From Candidatus Aenigmatarchaeota archaeon (GTDB taxonomy: Archaea; Aenigmatarchaeota; Aenigmatarchaeia; PWEA01; JACQIF01), in contig CP066684.1 in NCBI GenBank assembly GCA_016432325.1, forward strand, positions 64,001 to 128,000: 64,000 nucleotides of DNA, in the 5' to 3' direction. The position numbers and the translations under genes are program-made. This document shows, in pieces, positions 28,555-37,765 of the stretch (position 1 is the stretch's first letter; each line of letters opens with the position of its first letter). The notes beneath the pieces are model-generated. The model ran no database searches. It was not told where the DNA came from and saw only the letters and a program-made list of their open reading frames with translations.

Positions 28555-29385
28555 ATGGATATAAACGGCTCCATGGAAGGAGTCCGCTTTGTCACGAACG
28601 AGGCAGCGATGCTCGTAGATGACGCGCTCGTGATAGGCGAGCTGCATATAGGATACGAGACCGAGCTTTACCGCAACGGCGTCTTCCTGCGTTCGAACAC
28701 CGGAGCGATGCTCAAAAGAATCCAGAAACTGATACGCGAGACGAAGGCCAGGAAGCTGTTTATCATCGGCGATTTGAAGCACAACGTTACGAACATAACG
28801 TGGCAGGAGCGCCGCGAGGTTCCGAAGTTTCTGGAGGAGCTTTCCAAGAGCGTGGAGGTGCATGTCGTTCCGGGAAACCATGACGGTCTTATAAAGGAGC
28901 TGGTTCCGAAGGGCGTGCGTTTGCACAACCAATCAGGTTACAAATACAAAGACGCGTACTTGACACACGGCCACGCGTGGCCTTCCGCGTCCGTGTGCTC
29001 GGCCTCCATGCTCATAATGGCCCACCTGCATCCTGCGGTGGAGTTCCGCGACAAGCTCGGTTTTCGCTCGGTCGAATACTGCTGGCTGCGCGGCGATGCG
29101 AACGCGGACGCTCTGCACAAGAAGTACAGGAAACAAAGAGACAAAATCAAGACCAAGAGCGTCATCGTCGTACCGCCTTTCAATAACCTGACAGGAGGAA
29201 TGCCTGTCAACCGGCCGCTCGCAGAGAATTTGGAATCTCGCGGTTCCAAACTTCGGAACCGCGGTTCCGAAAAGGAGATATCGCCGATAACGCGCAATCA
29301 CGTCGTACGCGTACGCGAATGCGACGTGTTCCTTCTGGACGGCACGCATCTGGGGAAGGCCGGGGAGATTAAAGCTAAGGCTTGA
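28555..29385 (+). CDS. ICC-like metallophosphoesterase (COG1407-like) with in-frame palindromic insert
   Basis: GELHIG, GDLKH, GNHD, THGH, AHLHP. Confidence 0.88.
   Translation: MDINGSMEGVRFVTNEAAMLVDDALVIGELHIGYETELYRNGVFLRSNTGAMLKRIQKLIRETKARKLFIIGDLKHNVTNITWQERREVPKFLEELSKSVEVHVVPGNHDGLIKELVPKGVRLHNQSGYKYKDAYLTHGHAWPSASVCSASMLIMAHLHPAVEFRDKLGFRSVEYCWLRGDANADALHKKYRKQRDKIKTKSVIVVPPFNNLTGGMPVNRPLAENLESRGSKLRNRGSEKEISPITRNHVVRVRECDVFLLDGTHLGKAGEIKAKA
29229..29271. repeat. in-frame double hairpin insert in the phosphoesterase gene
   Basis: TTTGGAA/TTCCAAA and TTCGGAAC/GTTCCGAA. Confidence 0.7.
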
Positions 29386-30082
29386 TCCTCTCCGCCTTCT
29401 CGTAGTACGCAAGGAAGAGCTGCTTCATCAGCTTGGCGAAGGCTTTGTCCCGTATTTGGACATGGACCTCGGTCTTGATGAGCGCTATCAGGACGCGCTC
29501 GTCGTCCTGCACGCTCAAAGCAACGCCTTCATTGTGTATGGGTCGTATGTTCTTGTGTATCTTCAGCCATTTGCGTACGTTCTCTTTCGTCTCTGCGTCG
29601 TATCTCGCAAGCACCTTCAGGTCGATTCCACGCTTGACGCCGCTCGTCGTATCGCGCGTCCATTCCGGCTTGAATTCTGAGGAGTATTTGATGGAATAGC
29701 TGTACTGCTTACTCTCTGGAGCCTCTCTTATCAACCTGTTGAAGTTCGCCTTCTCCTTGGTCACGAACACGGCTTCTGTCGGCCGCGTCTCGTGTGCGGC
29801 CTTGAGTTTCTCGACTTCCTTGCCCAGCTCAAGCAGTTCCGTGACGCGCTTCTCTATGAGGTCCTGTATGGCTGTCGGAGACTCGGGCGTGTACGTCTTG
29901 GGCTTCTCCGGCGTCACCTTGACGAGGCCCTTCAGGACGAGGCTTTCCAGAACGTCGTATATTCTGCCGTATGGCACGCCGGACGCAGCCGAGACCTGCG
30001 CGGCCGTTCCCTTGCCTACGCGCAGGAGCGTCTCGTATGCGTTGCTCTCGAACTTGTTGAGGCCCAGCGCTTTCAGATCCAT
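29375..30082 (-). CDS. TrmB-family transcriptional regulator
   Basis: LGLNKFESNAYETLL, SGVPYGRIYDVLESLVLKGLV. Confidence 0.92.
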   Translation of the reverse strand: MDLKALGLNKFESNAYETLLRVGKGTAAQVSAASGVPYGRIYDVLESLVLKGLVKVTPEKPKTYTPESPTAIQDLIEKRVTELLELGKEVEKLKAAHETRPTEAVFVTKEKANFNRLIREAPESKQYSYSIKYSSEFKPEWTRDTTSGVKRGIDLKVLARYDAETKENVRKWLKIHKNIRPIHNEGVALSVQDDERVLIALIKTEVHVQIRDKAFAKLMKQLFLAYYEKAERIKP

Positions 30083-30170
30083 GCAACCACTAAGGTTGTA
30101 TTTGCGGCTTGCCTGTATTAAAAGGACCATAGCGCTGCGTCGTTCCCTCTGTGCAACCACGCCGGTTGTG
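30082..30170. promoter_or_regulatory. two palindromic operator-like sites TGCAACC-N5-GGTTGT(A/G) between trmB and the divergent nucleotidyltransferase gene
   Basis: sites at 30082-30100 and 30152-30170. Confidence 0.65.
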
Positions 30171-30228
30171 GCAGACCTTTATCTCCTTCTTCGGCCATTG
30201 TGTCATTACCATTTGGGGATGATGGTAA

Positions 30229-30921
30229 ATGCAAACGAATGATGCGCCTCCGAACGTTCGCGTGATAGGACTCTTCAGGCAGGCCATCAAGGAACGCCCT
30301 GACCTCATCGGAGAGTACAAAGCCATAGCTCTTTTCGGTTCCGTTCTGCACAAACCGGACTTCAACGACGTGGACCTCGTGACTTGCGGCAACATAGAAA
30401 ACAACGAGGAATTTCTCATTTATCTAAAACAGTTCCTTGAGAAGGAGGGGTTCGAGGTAGACATTTTCGTCCATGTGGCGCAGGAGCCCAAGAAGCAGCA
30501 CCCCAAACACATAATCATACAGAACGTGAGCCTTCTCCCAACGAAGGATGCCATTATGCAAGATCTATGGCGCAACTGGCCGGACCTCATCAATGAAATT
30601 GTAGAGAACTCGCTGCTTCTGCATGGCTCATGGGACGGCGTTCCGCATTTCGAGGTACGCGAGGTAGACTTCTATAGAGGCTGGTTGGGGCAATGCGGCC
30701 ATATAGACAGAAAGGAAGGCGCAGGCGTTTGCGCCCACTATATCGAAAAGATGCTGTCCAAACTCGCCGAGAGGCATCCGCGGATGAGCGGTGCGCAGGA
30801 GACTGGGAGGAGGCTGCTCGGCGTCTTTGCCAAAGACGACTGGGTCGCCGCGAGGGAAGAGGCGACGATACTACTCGTGCAGAAGATATTGGAAGTCAGA
30901 GGCGAGTCGTCGGCTATATAA
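30229..30921 (+). CDS. minimal nucleotidyltransferase (Pol-beta superfamily) domain protein
   Basis: IALFGS-x7-NDVDLV motif. Confidence 0.7.
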   Translation: MQTNDAPPNVRVIGLFRQAIKERPDLIGEYKAIALFGSVLHKPDFNDVDLVTCGNIENNEEFLIYLKQFLEKEGFEVDIFVHVAQEPKKQHPKHIIIQNVSLLPTKDAIMQDLWRNWPDLINEIVENSLLLHGSWDGVPHFEVREVDFYRGWLGQCGHIDRKEGAGVCAHYIEKMLSKLAERHPRMSGAQETGRRLLGVFAKDDWVAAREEATILLVQKILEVRGESSAI

Positions 30922-30954
30922 CAGATTTAAGAATGTCTCCCCTCAACTTCCCGC

Positions 30955-31809
30955 ATGCGCATACTCGCCATCGGCTGCTTCCACGGCAGGATTCCAACGG
31001 GCTTCAAGAGATACGTAAAAAAGAACAAGATAGACGCGATATTCGCTCTCGGCGACTACCCGGGTGAGCGCATGCGCACTCTATACTTCAAGCACTCAGG
31101 CCTAGCGAAAAGAGACAAATGGGGCTTCTACGACTGGAGTCCCATAGACAAGTTCCTTGGTAAGAGACGCGTCGCGCGCATGGAGGCCTGCGACAGAAAA
31201 GACGGCGTACGTGTTTTGCAGGGCTTGAACGGTTTGGGCGTGCCTGTATACACGACATACGGCAATCACGACAATACTGAACACTGGCCTTACGGCGAAA
31301 TAGGATACAACAGAAGAAACCTTCTCGAAGACGTCATCAAGCCGTTCAAGAACATAACGTTCCTCGATTATGATACCGCGCGGCTGGGCGACTACACGCT
31401 CGCTTTTTCTGGAGTCAAGTACCCGAACTTTTACAAGGAGGATACTAAACGCGTGCACGCGAAGAAGGTTGACGTCCGCGCGGAGGAGAGAAGCAATCTA
31501 CTGAGAATGATAGAGGATCCAGAATTCACCGTGGTCGTAACGCACGCTCCTCCTTACGGAACGGGACTTGATCGTGTCAACGACAGGAAAAAGCCAGGTT
31601 ACGGCCAACACTTCGGCGACGACGTTCTCAGAGGCGTCGTCAAACGCAAGCAGCCTCGCCTCGTCCTCTGCGCTCATTTCCATGAGAATCAGGGAATGAC
31701 GCGCATAGGCAAAACGCAGGTCGTCTGCACGGGTTACGGCAAGAAAGGGCAGGCCGCTTTGATAGAACTGGGCAAGACGCCAAAGGCGCGGTTGGTAAGG
31801 ATACGCTGA
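30955..31809 (+). CDS. Icc-related metallophosphoesterase
   Basis: GCFHG, GDY, GNHD, THAPP, AHFHE. Confidence 0.88.
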   Translation: MRILAIGCFHGRIPTGFKRYVKKNKIDAIFALGDYPGERMRTLYFKHSGLAKRDKWGFYDWSPIDKFLGKRRVARMEACDRKDGVRVLQGLNGLGVPVYTTYGNHDNTEHWPYGEIGYNRRNLLEDVIKPFKNITFLDYDTARLGDYTLAFSGVKYPNFYKEDTKRVHAKKVDVRAEERSNLLRMIEDPEFTVVVTHAPPYGTGLDRVNDRKKPGYGQHFGDDVLRGVVKRKQPRLVLCAHFHENQGMTRIGKTQVVCTGYGKKGQAALIELGKTPKARLVRIR

Positions 31810-31815
31810 ACGCGT

Positions 31816-32208
31816 CTACCACGTCTCCACTTTCAGCCCCTTTATCCTGCCGAAGTGCTTCACGTTTCGCGTGACGAGCGTTTCGTTGTGCGCTATGGTG
31901 ATGGATCCTATAAGCGCGTCCATATTGTCTATCTGCTCGCCGCGCAGTTTCAGATTCCCTATTATCTGTCCGGCCAGGCTGGCCGCCAGACTGTCCAGAT
32001 GAAGCATTTCCAGGGTTGCCAGAAAGGAATCGACCGTGTGGACGGCGCCCTCCTTACGTGACATAACGGCACCCTCGACCAGCTCGACCGCGTTGATGAC
32101 CGTTGTCCTGAGTGGCCCGCCGCGATTCTCGATGTCGCTAAGAGCGCGAATTGCCGCGGCGTCCTTTCTGAGCACACCTATCATCAGGTCGCTGTCCAAG
32201 AACACCAT
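31816..32208 (-). CDS. vapC: VapC PIN-domain toxin
   Basis: FLDSD, DALIG, LVTRNVKHF. Confidence 0.92.
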   Translation of the reverse strand: MVFLDSDLMIGVLRKDAAAIRALSDIENRGGPLRTTVINAVELVEGAVMSRKEGAVHTVDSFLATLEMLHLDSLAASLAGQIIGNLKLRGEQIDNMDALIGSITIAHNETLVTRNVKHFGRIKGLKVETW

Positions 32209-32432
32209 CAAAACCGCCTCGATTTGGAGCGGCGGAACTCGTTCATGGCTTCCTTCATCCTTCGGAACGTGGCATCGTCTATGTCTGCCCATACGCCCGC
32301 GAATTCGAGCGGGGAACGCTTCCGTTCGCCGCCGGTGAGCCTCACGACAACGTCGGAGAAGGACTCGCCATGGCCCTTCCGTTCCTTGAGTCTTCTGTAG
32401 GCGTCGTCGGAGAGAGATACCGGTTTTGTCAT
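32208..32432 (-). CDS. vapB: VapB-type antitoxin (DUF217-like)
   Basis: SLSDDAYRRLK...ESFSDVV; TGATG overlap with vapC. Confidence 0.88.
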   Translation of the reverse strand: MTKPVSLSDDAYRRLKERKGHGESFSDVVVRLTGGERKRSPLEFAGVWADIDDATFRRMKEAMNEFRRSKSRRF

Positions 32433-32440
32433 GGAAATAG

Positions 32441-32460
32441 TATATACGTATACGTATATA
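32441..32460. promoter_or_regulatory. perfect 20-bp palindrome TATATACGTATACGTATATA, likely vapBC operator/promoter
   Basis: immediately upstream of the vapB start. Confidence 0.7.
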
Positions 32461-32554
32461 TATGTTTCCGTGGTGTCGGTGTCACGTATTTAAGGTGGTG
32501 ACATGTGAATCCATTTAAATAGCTTTGCAACAACCTCGGTGGTGGTAGAATGCC

Positions 32555-33466
32555 ATGCGAGTGTTGCACGTTTCGGACATACACGAGGCCCGTCCCAAGA
32601 AGGGCGAAGGCCCCAGCTCTAAGATGCAGGGCATCGCCAGACAGGCCGATGCAAAGGCCATAATATTCCACGGGGACCTTACAGCAGGAATCTGGTGCGA
32701 CCAGAACGGTTCCGGGCAGTTTTTCGACAGAATGGGCGAATTGAAGGGCGAGGCTCGAAATAAGGAACAGGTCATAGGCGACATGGGCACGGTTCTTAGA
32801 AACTTTACTTATGTTGACGGGATGACGGACCCTCTGCCGGTTTATGCGGTTACAGGGAATCACGACGGAATTACGCGCTACGCGGTTTCTGGCGACAGGA
32901 TAATAGGCCAGAAGCACGAGACTGTGGGACTGGATATTGCAAACGAGACTCCAGGAGTACGCTCTTTGAATTTCAGGACAGAAGATATTGGAGACCTCAC
33001 GTACGGCGGCGTTCCGGGCCACAAATGGATAAGACGCGGGGGCGCGACTCCTGTCGAGTTCTCCGAACACGATATTAAGGAAAAACTGAGTGGTCTTGGT
33101 GCGGTAGACGTTCTAGTTGCGCATAGCCAGCCTGCTGGCACGCTTCTGGACAGAACCGCTTTCCCGCCGCTCCCTGAAGATCGTTCGAGCTTCCCTCCGA
33201 TACCGGGCGAGATTCCGATAATGGACGGGTCCGGATACAAATCGCACGGAGGCTCGTACTCCATTAGAAGCTACATAGACAAGGCGCAGCCTCTCGGCTT
33301 CGCAGGCGGGCACATCCACGAAACCAGCGGACAGAGCGACTTGCTCGGTCGCACGAGAGCATACAGCGTTCCATTCCAGCAGCACGGCGGCCACTCGGTC
33401 GCCAACGGAAACGTCTACGTGATAGACTTCGCAGACGGGACATTTGAAAAGATTCCCGTCGCCTAG
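32555..33466 (+). CDS. metallophosphoesterase
   Basis: SDIHE, GDL, GNHD, AHSQP, GHIHE. Confidence 0.88.
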   Translation: MRVLHVSDIHEARPKKGEGPSSKMQGIARQADAKAIIFHGDLTAGIWCDQNGSGQFFDRMGELKGEARNKEQVIGDMGTVLRNFTYVDGMTDPLPVYAVTGNHDGITRYAVSGDRIIGQKHETVGLDIANETPGVRSLNFRTEDIGDLTYGGVPGHKWIRRGGATPVEFSEHDIKEKLSGLGAVDVLVAHSQPAGTLLDRTAFPPLPEDRSSFPPIPGEIPIMDGSGYKSHGGSYSIRSYIDKAQPLGFAGGHIHETSGQSDLLGRTRAYSVPFQQHGGHSVANGNVYVIDFADGTFEKIPVA

Positions 33467-34548
33467 AAAGGCCTGCTCTCTCGCCTCAACTTGTAGAGTG
33501 ACGGAAGGTCTCCCACGCGGTCGACTATGTATGAGTGTATCGTCGTAAGTTCCTCTTCACGAAGCTTGGCGCGCGAATCCGCTTCTATTATCACCGCGGG
33601 AATTCCGTATTCCGCGTTCTGGGACGAAATCGGGAGGATCAGGGACGCGAGCTTGTCCGCAGTGCGTACGGCGTCGCCTTTCGCATAGAACTCCACGCGT
33701 ATCGGACGGTCGTATTCGACGGTCTTCAGGTAGAACGCGTAGAGGTTGTTCGCGTGCTCGCCTAGATCTGCGATAACGGCGTTAGTCGCCGGGTCGCCTA
33801 GACGAAAAACAAAAGAACGCTCTCCGGGCTTCAGGACGTGGAATAGAAGGTTCGTATCACGCGTGCGCGAAAGGATGTCCTGGAGTTCCTTCGTGTCAGT
33901 GCCAACCCTGCTCAATACCTTCGCGGCTATCATTTCGGAAAAGTGCGTGGAACGCGAATCTTCAACCACGCCGGCCAGGAGTTTGTGGGACGCGAACGCG
34001 CGTTTGTACAGTTCGAGAAGTTCCGCATACTTGGGCCACACGCCGTCGCCTTTCTTTGGCCGCGAAGAAGGATGCGGCACGAGCGAACCGTCCGCGAGCA
34101 CGAGGTCCGGCGAGAGCGTGCTCACGTTAGAAAGCACGTGCGCTTCGGTCGCCATTCGTTCGATGTCCGCGGCGTGCGCGAAATCCTGTTCTGAGTAAGG
34201 ATCTGTTATCACAGACAGTCGCGGCGTCGCAAGCGGGTCGGGGAAGTACGTTACATTGGCAAGGTTTCCGTCAGCATAGTCGAAGACGGCCGCGACAGCG
34301 CGCGTCAAAATCAGGTCTATCGCATGGTACGCGTGCTTCACGAGCCCGCCGTCCACGCCGGCGACGCGCAGGCGCTTCAGCGGGTCGGCCGCGACAGGTA
34401 TGGCCATCCTGTCTTCGAGAATCTCCGCGTCCTTGCTTATCGCGGCGCCCTTTATCTCGCGCAGGAAAAGGCCGAGCCTGTGGCGCTTGTCTTCCAGCGT
34501 CTTGACGCGTTCGGCCGCGTCAGAAAGTTCCGACAGTATGCGTTCCAA
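33463..34548 (-). CDS. nurA: NurA 5'-3' nuclease
   Basis: GVDGG, LADGSL, YGIPAVIIEADSRAK; close to herA, mre11 and rad50. Confidence 0.9.
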   Translation of the reverse strand: MERILSELSDAAERVKTLEDKRHRLGLFLREIKGAAISKDAEILEDRMAIPVAADPLKRLRVAGVDGGLVKHAYHAIDLILTRAVAAVFDYADGNLANVTYFPDPLATPRLSVITDPYSEQDFAHAADIERMATEAHVLSNVSTLSPDLVLADGSLVPHPSSRPKKGDGVWPKYAELLELYKRAFASHKLLAGVVEDSRSTHFSEMIAAKVLSRVGTDTKELQDILSRTRDTNLLFHVLKPGERSFVFRLGDPATNAVIADLGEHANNLYAFYLKTVEYDRPIRVEFYAKGDAVRTADKLASLILPISSQNAEYGIPAVIIEADSRAKLREEELTTIHSYIVDRVGDLPSLYKLRRESRPF

Positions 34549-34619
34549 AAGGACACCCCGCCTTGCTGAAGGTTAAATAGACGACTGCTTATTTATAGAA
34601 ACAGTCCAAAGGGCGAAAG

Positions 34620-36671
34620 GTGAATGACCTCAAACATGCGAACGCGTTGAAGAAAAGGAAGAAGATACAATCGAGTTCTAAGAACGCCAAAAAAACCGGA
34701 AAGAAGTTTTACATCACCACGGCTATCGATTACGTCAACGCAAAGCCCCACATAGGCCACGCCCTCGAGAAGACGCAGGCCGACGCGCTCGCGCGGTACC
34801 ACCGGCTGAAAGGGGACGATGTCTTCTTCCTCACAGGCACGGACGAGCACGGTACAAAAGTCCTCAGGGCCGCGAAGGACGCCGGAGTAGAGCCGCAGGA
34901 ATTCTGCGACAGCGTGTCGGAAAGGTTCGTCGAGCTCACGAAGCTGTTGGACATAAGCAACGACGACTTCATCCGCACGACCGATCGCGTGAAGCACTGG
35001 CCCGGCGTTCAGAAGCTGTGGGAGCTTTGCAAGCGCGACATCGTGAAGAGAAAATACAAAGGATTCTATTGCGTGGGCTGCGAAGCGTTCGTGCTGGAAA
35101 AGGATTTGACGGACGGCCTGTGCCCGATACACAAGAAGAAACCAGAGGTGGTGGAGGAAGAGAACTACTTCTTTCTCTTGTCCAGATACGCCAACAGGAT
35201 AAAGGAAGCCATAGAGAAAGACGTTTACCGCGTCGTGCCGCAGTCGCGCAAGAACGAGATACTTTCTCTAATCAAGGAAGGACTGCAGGATGTCAGCGTT
35301 TCGCGTCCGAGACACGTCCTGCCGTGGGGCATCCCCGTTCCGGGAGACCACGATCATACGATTTACGTCTGGATAGACGCATTGCCCAACTATGCAACTG
35401 CGGTAGGATTTGGGCGCGACGAGAAGACATTCGACAAGTGGTGGCCTGCGGACGTTCACGCGATAGGAAAAGATATCCTGCGTTTCCACGCGGCCATCTG
35501 GCCCGGGTTGCTCCTGTCTGCAGGATTGCCCCTACCCAAGACGCTCTTCGTGCACGGCTTCATAACCAGCGGCGGCGAGAAGATGTCGAAGACTCTGGGG
35601 AATGTTGTCGATCCTGTGGAGTACGCGCAAAAATATGGAAGCGACGCTTTGAGATACCACCTGTTGGCAGAACTGCCTTCGCAGGACGACGGCGACTTCA
35701 CAAAAGAGCGCTTCATCAGAGTCTACAACTCGGCACTGGCGAACGAGCTGGGCAACCTTGTGATGCGCGTCACGACTCTGACGACGAAGCATCTCGGAAC
35801 CAAGCACCCGCAGGTCCTCGGAGAGTCTCTGAAGACAACGGCCGAACGTCTGGCTGAAGATTTTGGGAAACATCTGGAAGCGTACGAGTTTGACAAAGCC
35901 TGCGCGGCTGTTTGGACCTTGGTGCGCGCCGCCAATAAATATCTCAACGAGAGCGAACCTTGGAAGATTGCGAAGGACAAGGAAAAGTTCGAGGCTGTCC
36001 TGTACAACATAACGGAGTCCTTGCGCTTCCTGAGCGTCCTGTGCGAGCCGATAATTCCGAAAACGGCCGCGAAGATACGCGAGCAGTTCGGTTTCCCAGA
36101 GCCTTCATTGAAAGAGCTCGAATGGGGTTATGTGTGCAAAGGACAGATACGCGAGGCGCCGCCGCTGTTCCCCAAAATTGAAACTGCGGAGAAGGAAGAA
36201 GACCCATTCGCGGCTTTTGATCTCCGCGTCGCCCGTGTTCTGAGCGTCAGCGAGCACCCTGACGCCGAGAAGCTGTACGTTCTTCAGCTCGATTTGGGCG
36301 AGGAGAAGAGACAACTCGTTGCAGGACTGCGTGCGCACTACGCGAAAGAGGAACTGATTGGAAAGAAGGTTGTTGTAATCGCAAATCTCGAACACGCGAA
36401 GCTGCGCGGCGTCGCGTCCGAAGGAATGCTGCTGGCCGGAGACGATGGTAATCATGTGGGGGCGTTGAACGTTAAGAATGCGGCGCCCGGAACGCAGGTC
36501 AGCGCGCAGGGCATCAAGCCTGCGCCTAAGGCGCGCGTCACGCTGAAAGAGTTCCAGAAGATAAAACTCGTCGTCGGAGACGGCGGCGTCTACTACGGCG
36601 AACGCCCTCTCGTCGCCGGGGCCGAACGAGTAAAAGCCGAACGCGTCGGCAAGGGAGCGCAGGTGCGCTAA
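34620..36671 (+). CDS. metG: methionine--tRNA ligase with C-terminal tRNA-binding domain
   Basis: HIGH, GTDEHG, KMSK, C-terminal OB fold (SEGMLLA). Confidence 0.97.
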   Translation: MNDLKHANALKKRKKIQSSSKNAKKTGKKFYITTAIDYVNAKPHIGHALEKTQADALARYHRLKGDDVFFLTGTDEHGTKVLRAAKDAGVEPQEFCDSVSERFVELTKLLDISNDDFIRTTDRVKHWPGVQKLWELCKRDIVKRKYKGFYCVGCEAFVLEKDLTDGLCPIHKKKPEVVEEENYFFLLSRYANRIKEAIEKDVYRVVPQSRKNEILSLIKEGLQDVSVSRPRHVLPWGIPVPGDHDHTIYVWIDALPNYATAVGFGRDEKTFDKWWPADVHAIGKDILRFHAAIWPGLLLSAGLPLPKTLFVHGFITSGGEKMSKTLGNVVDPVEYAQKYGSDALRYHLLAELPSQDDGDFTKERFIRVYNSALANELGNLVMRVTTLTTKHLGTKHPQVLGESLKTTAERLAEDFGKHLEAYEFDKACAAVWTLVRAANKYLNESEPWKIAKDKEKFEAVLYNITESLRFLSVLCEPIIPKTAAKIREQFGFPEPSLKELEWGYVCKGQIREAPPLFPKIETAEKEEDPFAAFDLRVARVLSVSEHPDAEKLYVLQLDLGEEKRQLVAGLRAHYAKEELIGKKVVVIANLEHAKLRGVASEGMLLAGDDGNHVGALNVKNAAPGTQVSAQGIKPAPKARVTLKEFQKIKLVVGDGGVYYGERPLVAGAERVKAERVGKGAQVR

Positions 36672-36724
36672 AGTCACTTTACCACCGCGGTGGTAGTGCC
36701 TGTTATTTATAGGACGGCAGCCAA

Positions 36725-36988
36725 ATGCGGATTATGGCCAGGCTAAAGACGATAACGCTGCGCGACATACCGCTGGAACAGGCGAAGACGGAGATTCTTG
36801 AGTACGTGCAGAGGAAAAAACGGGTGTGGACATCGGAAATAGTCGACGACTTGGCTCTGGACTTGTTGCTGACGGCAACCGCCTTGGAGGAGCTGGAGAA
36901 GGAACGCAAGATAGAGAGGAAGGACGATGACGATTCTAACGAAGAAAGGCGACATAGTAAAAGGCAAGAAGCTGGTCTGTCAGTATAG
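36725..36988 (+). CDS. small winged-helix-like protein
   Basis: EILEYV...TSEIVDDL...ALEELEKERKI pattern. Confidence 0.6.
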   Translation: MRIMARLKTITLRDIPLEQAKTEILEYVQRKKRVWTSEIVDDLALDLLLTATALEELEKERKIERKDDDDSNEERRHSKRQEAGLSV

Positions 36989-37115
36989 AAAGGAACACAA
37001 AGCCCGTCTTGTCAATCTCACAGGCGGCCACAAAGGAATGCAGAGAGTCGTGGAAGGACTGCCGGCCGAGGCCATCGTAGATCTTGAATGGGGACCTATT
37101 GCAAACCGCGTCTAA
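36927..37115 (+). CDS. small hypothetical protein
   Basis: 62-aa ORF overlapping the preceding gene, purine-rich SD. Confidence 0.4.
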   Translation: MTILTKKGDIVKGKKLVCQYRKEHKARLVNLTGGHKGMQRVVEGLPAEAIVDLEWGPIANRV

Positions 37116-37126
37116 AGAGATGCGTC

Positions 37127-37732
37127 TTAGAGCAACGCCAGCGCGGCCCCTGTAACAATCGGTATCGTCACGTTATCGTCTATTGGAAAGTCGAACGCTT
37201 CTACGAGGCTCGAAACGAACGCTGCCGCGATGGCAAGGCCTATAGGCGCAAAAAAATAGGAGACGCCGAGAACGGAGAAGAACATCGCCGCCGTGCCTTC
37301 CCAGCTCTTGTGGTTGCTGATGAATCTGGGAAGCTTGTGAGTGCCGTGATGGACGCCGACGAGAGTCGAAACGGAATCGCCTATGGACAACGCGACGATG
37401 GAGAGAGTCGCGATCTGCGGCGCAAACAATATCATACTCGCTCCGATGCCGAGACCGAATGTCATCGCGCCCTTCATCGGCCGCACGTTCGGGCGTTCGC
37501 ATGCCTTTACAATAGTACAGACCGCGTCTTCTGCGAGGCTCAACGGCCAAGGCACGTATCTCTGAAGCGCCTTGCGGCGCATGAAGAATTCGGAGTACAA
37601 TAAAGAGAGCCCCGTTGCCAGAATGAGCAGCATACCCATTGTTTTGAAGTCAATGCCCCACGGTATCAGTACAAGCAGGATGCCGCTCATGTGAATGAGC
37701 TGCCTGGAAAACTCGCGCCTGTTGACTGTCAT
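37127..37732 (-). CDS. dolichol/phytol kinase-like (SEC59 family) membrane protein
   Basis: RQLIH, GDSVSTLVG, KSWEG, IDDNVTIP. Confidence 0.88.
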   Translation of the reverse strand: MTVNRREFSRQLIHMSGILLVLIPWGIDFKTMGMLLILATGLSLLYSEFFMRRKALQRYVPWPLSLAEDAVCTIVKACERPNVRPMKGAMTFGLGIGASMILFAPQIATLSIVALSIGDSVSTLVGVHHGTHKLPRFISNHKSWEGTAAMFFSVLGVSYFFAPIGLAIAAAFVSSLVEAFDFPIDDNVTIPIVTGAALALL

Positions 37733-37765
37733 ACGCTTAATAATCGGCCTTTGAATATAACCGAT

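Noticed and set aside
34620-34700. MetRS basic N-terminal extension as another element copy
   Set aside because: Only weak stems and no start duplication; the evidence is insufficient.
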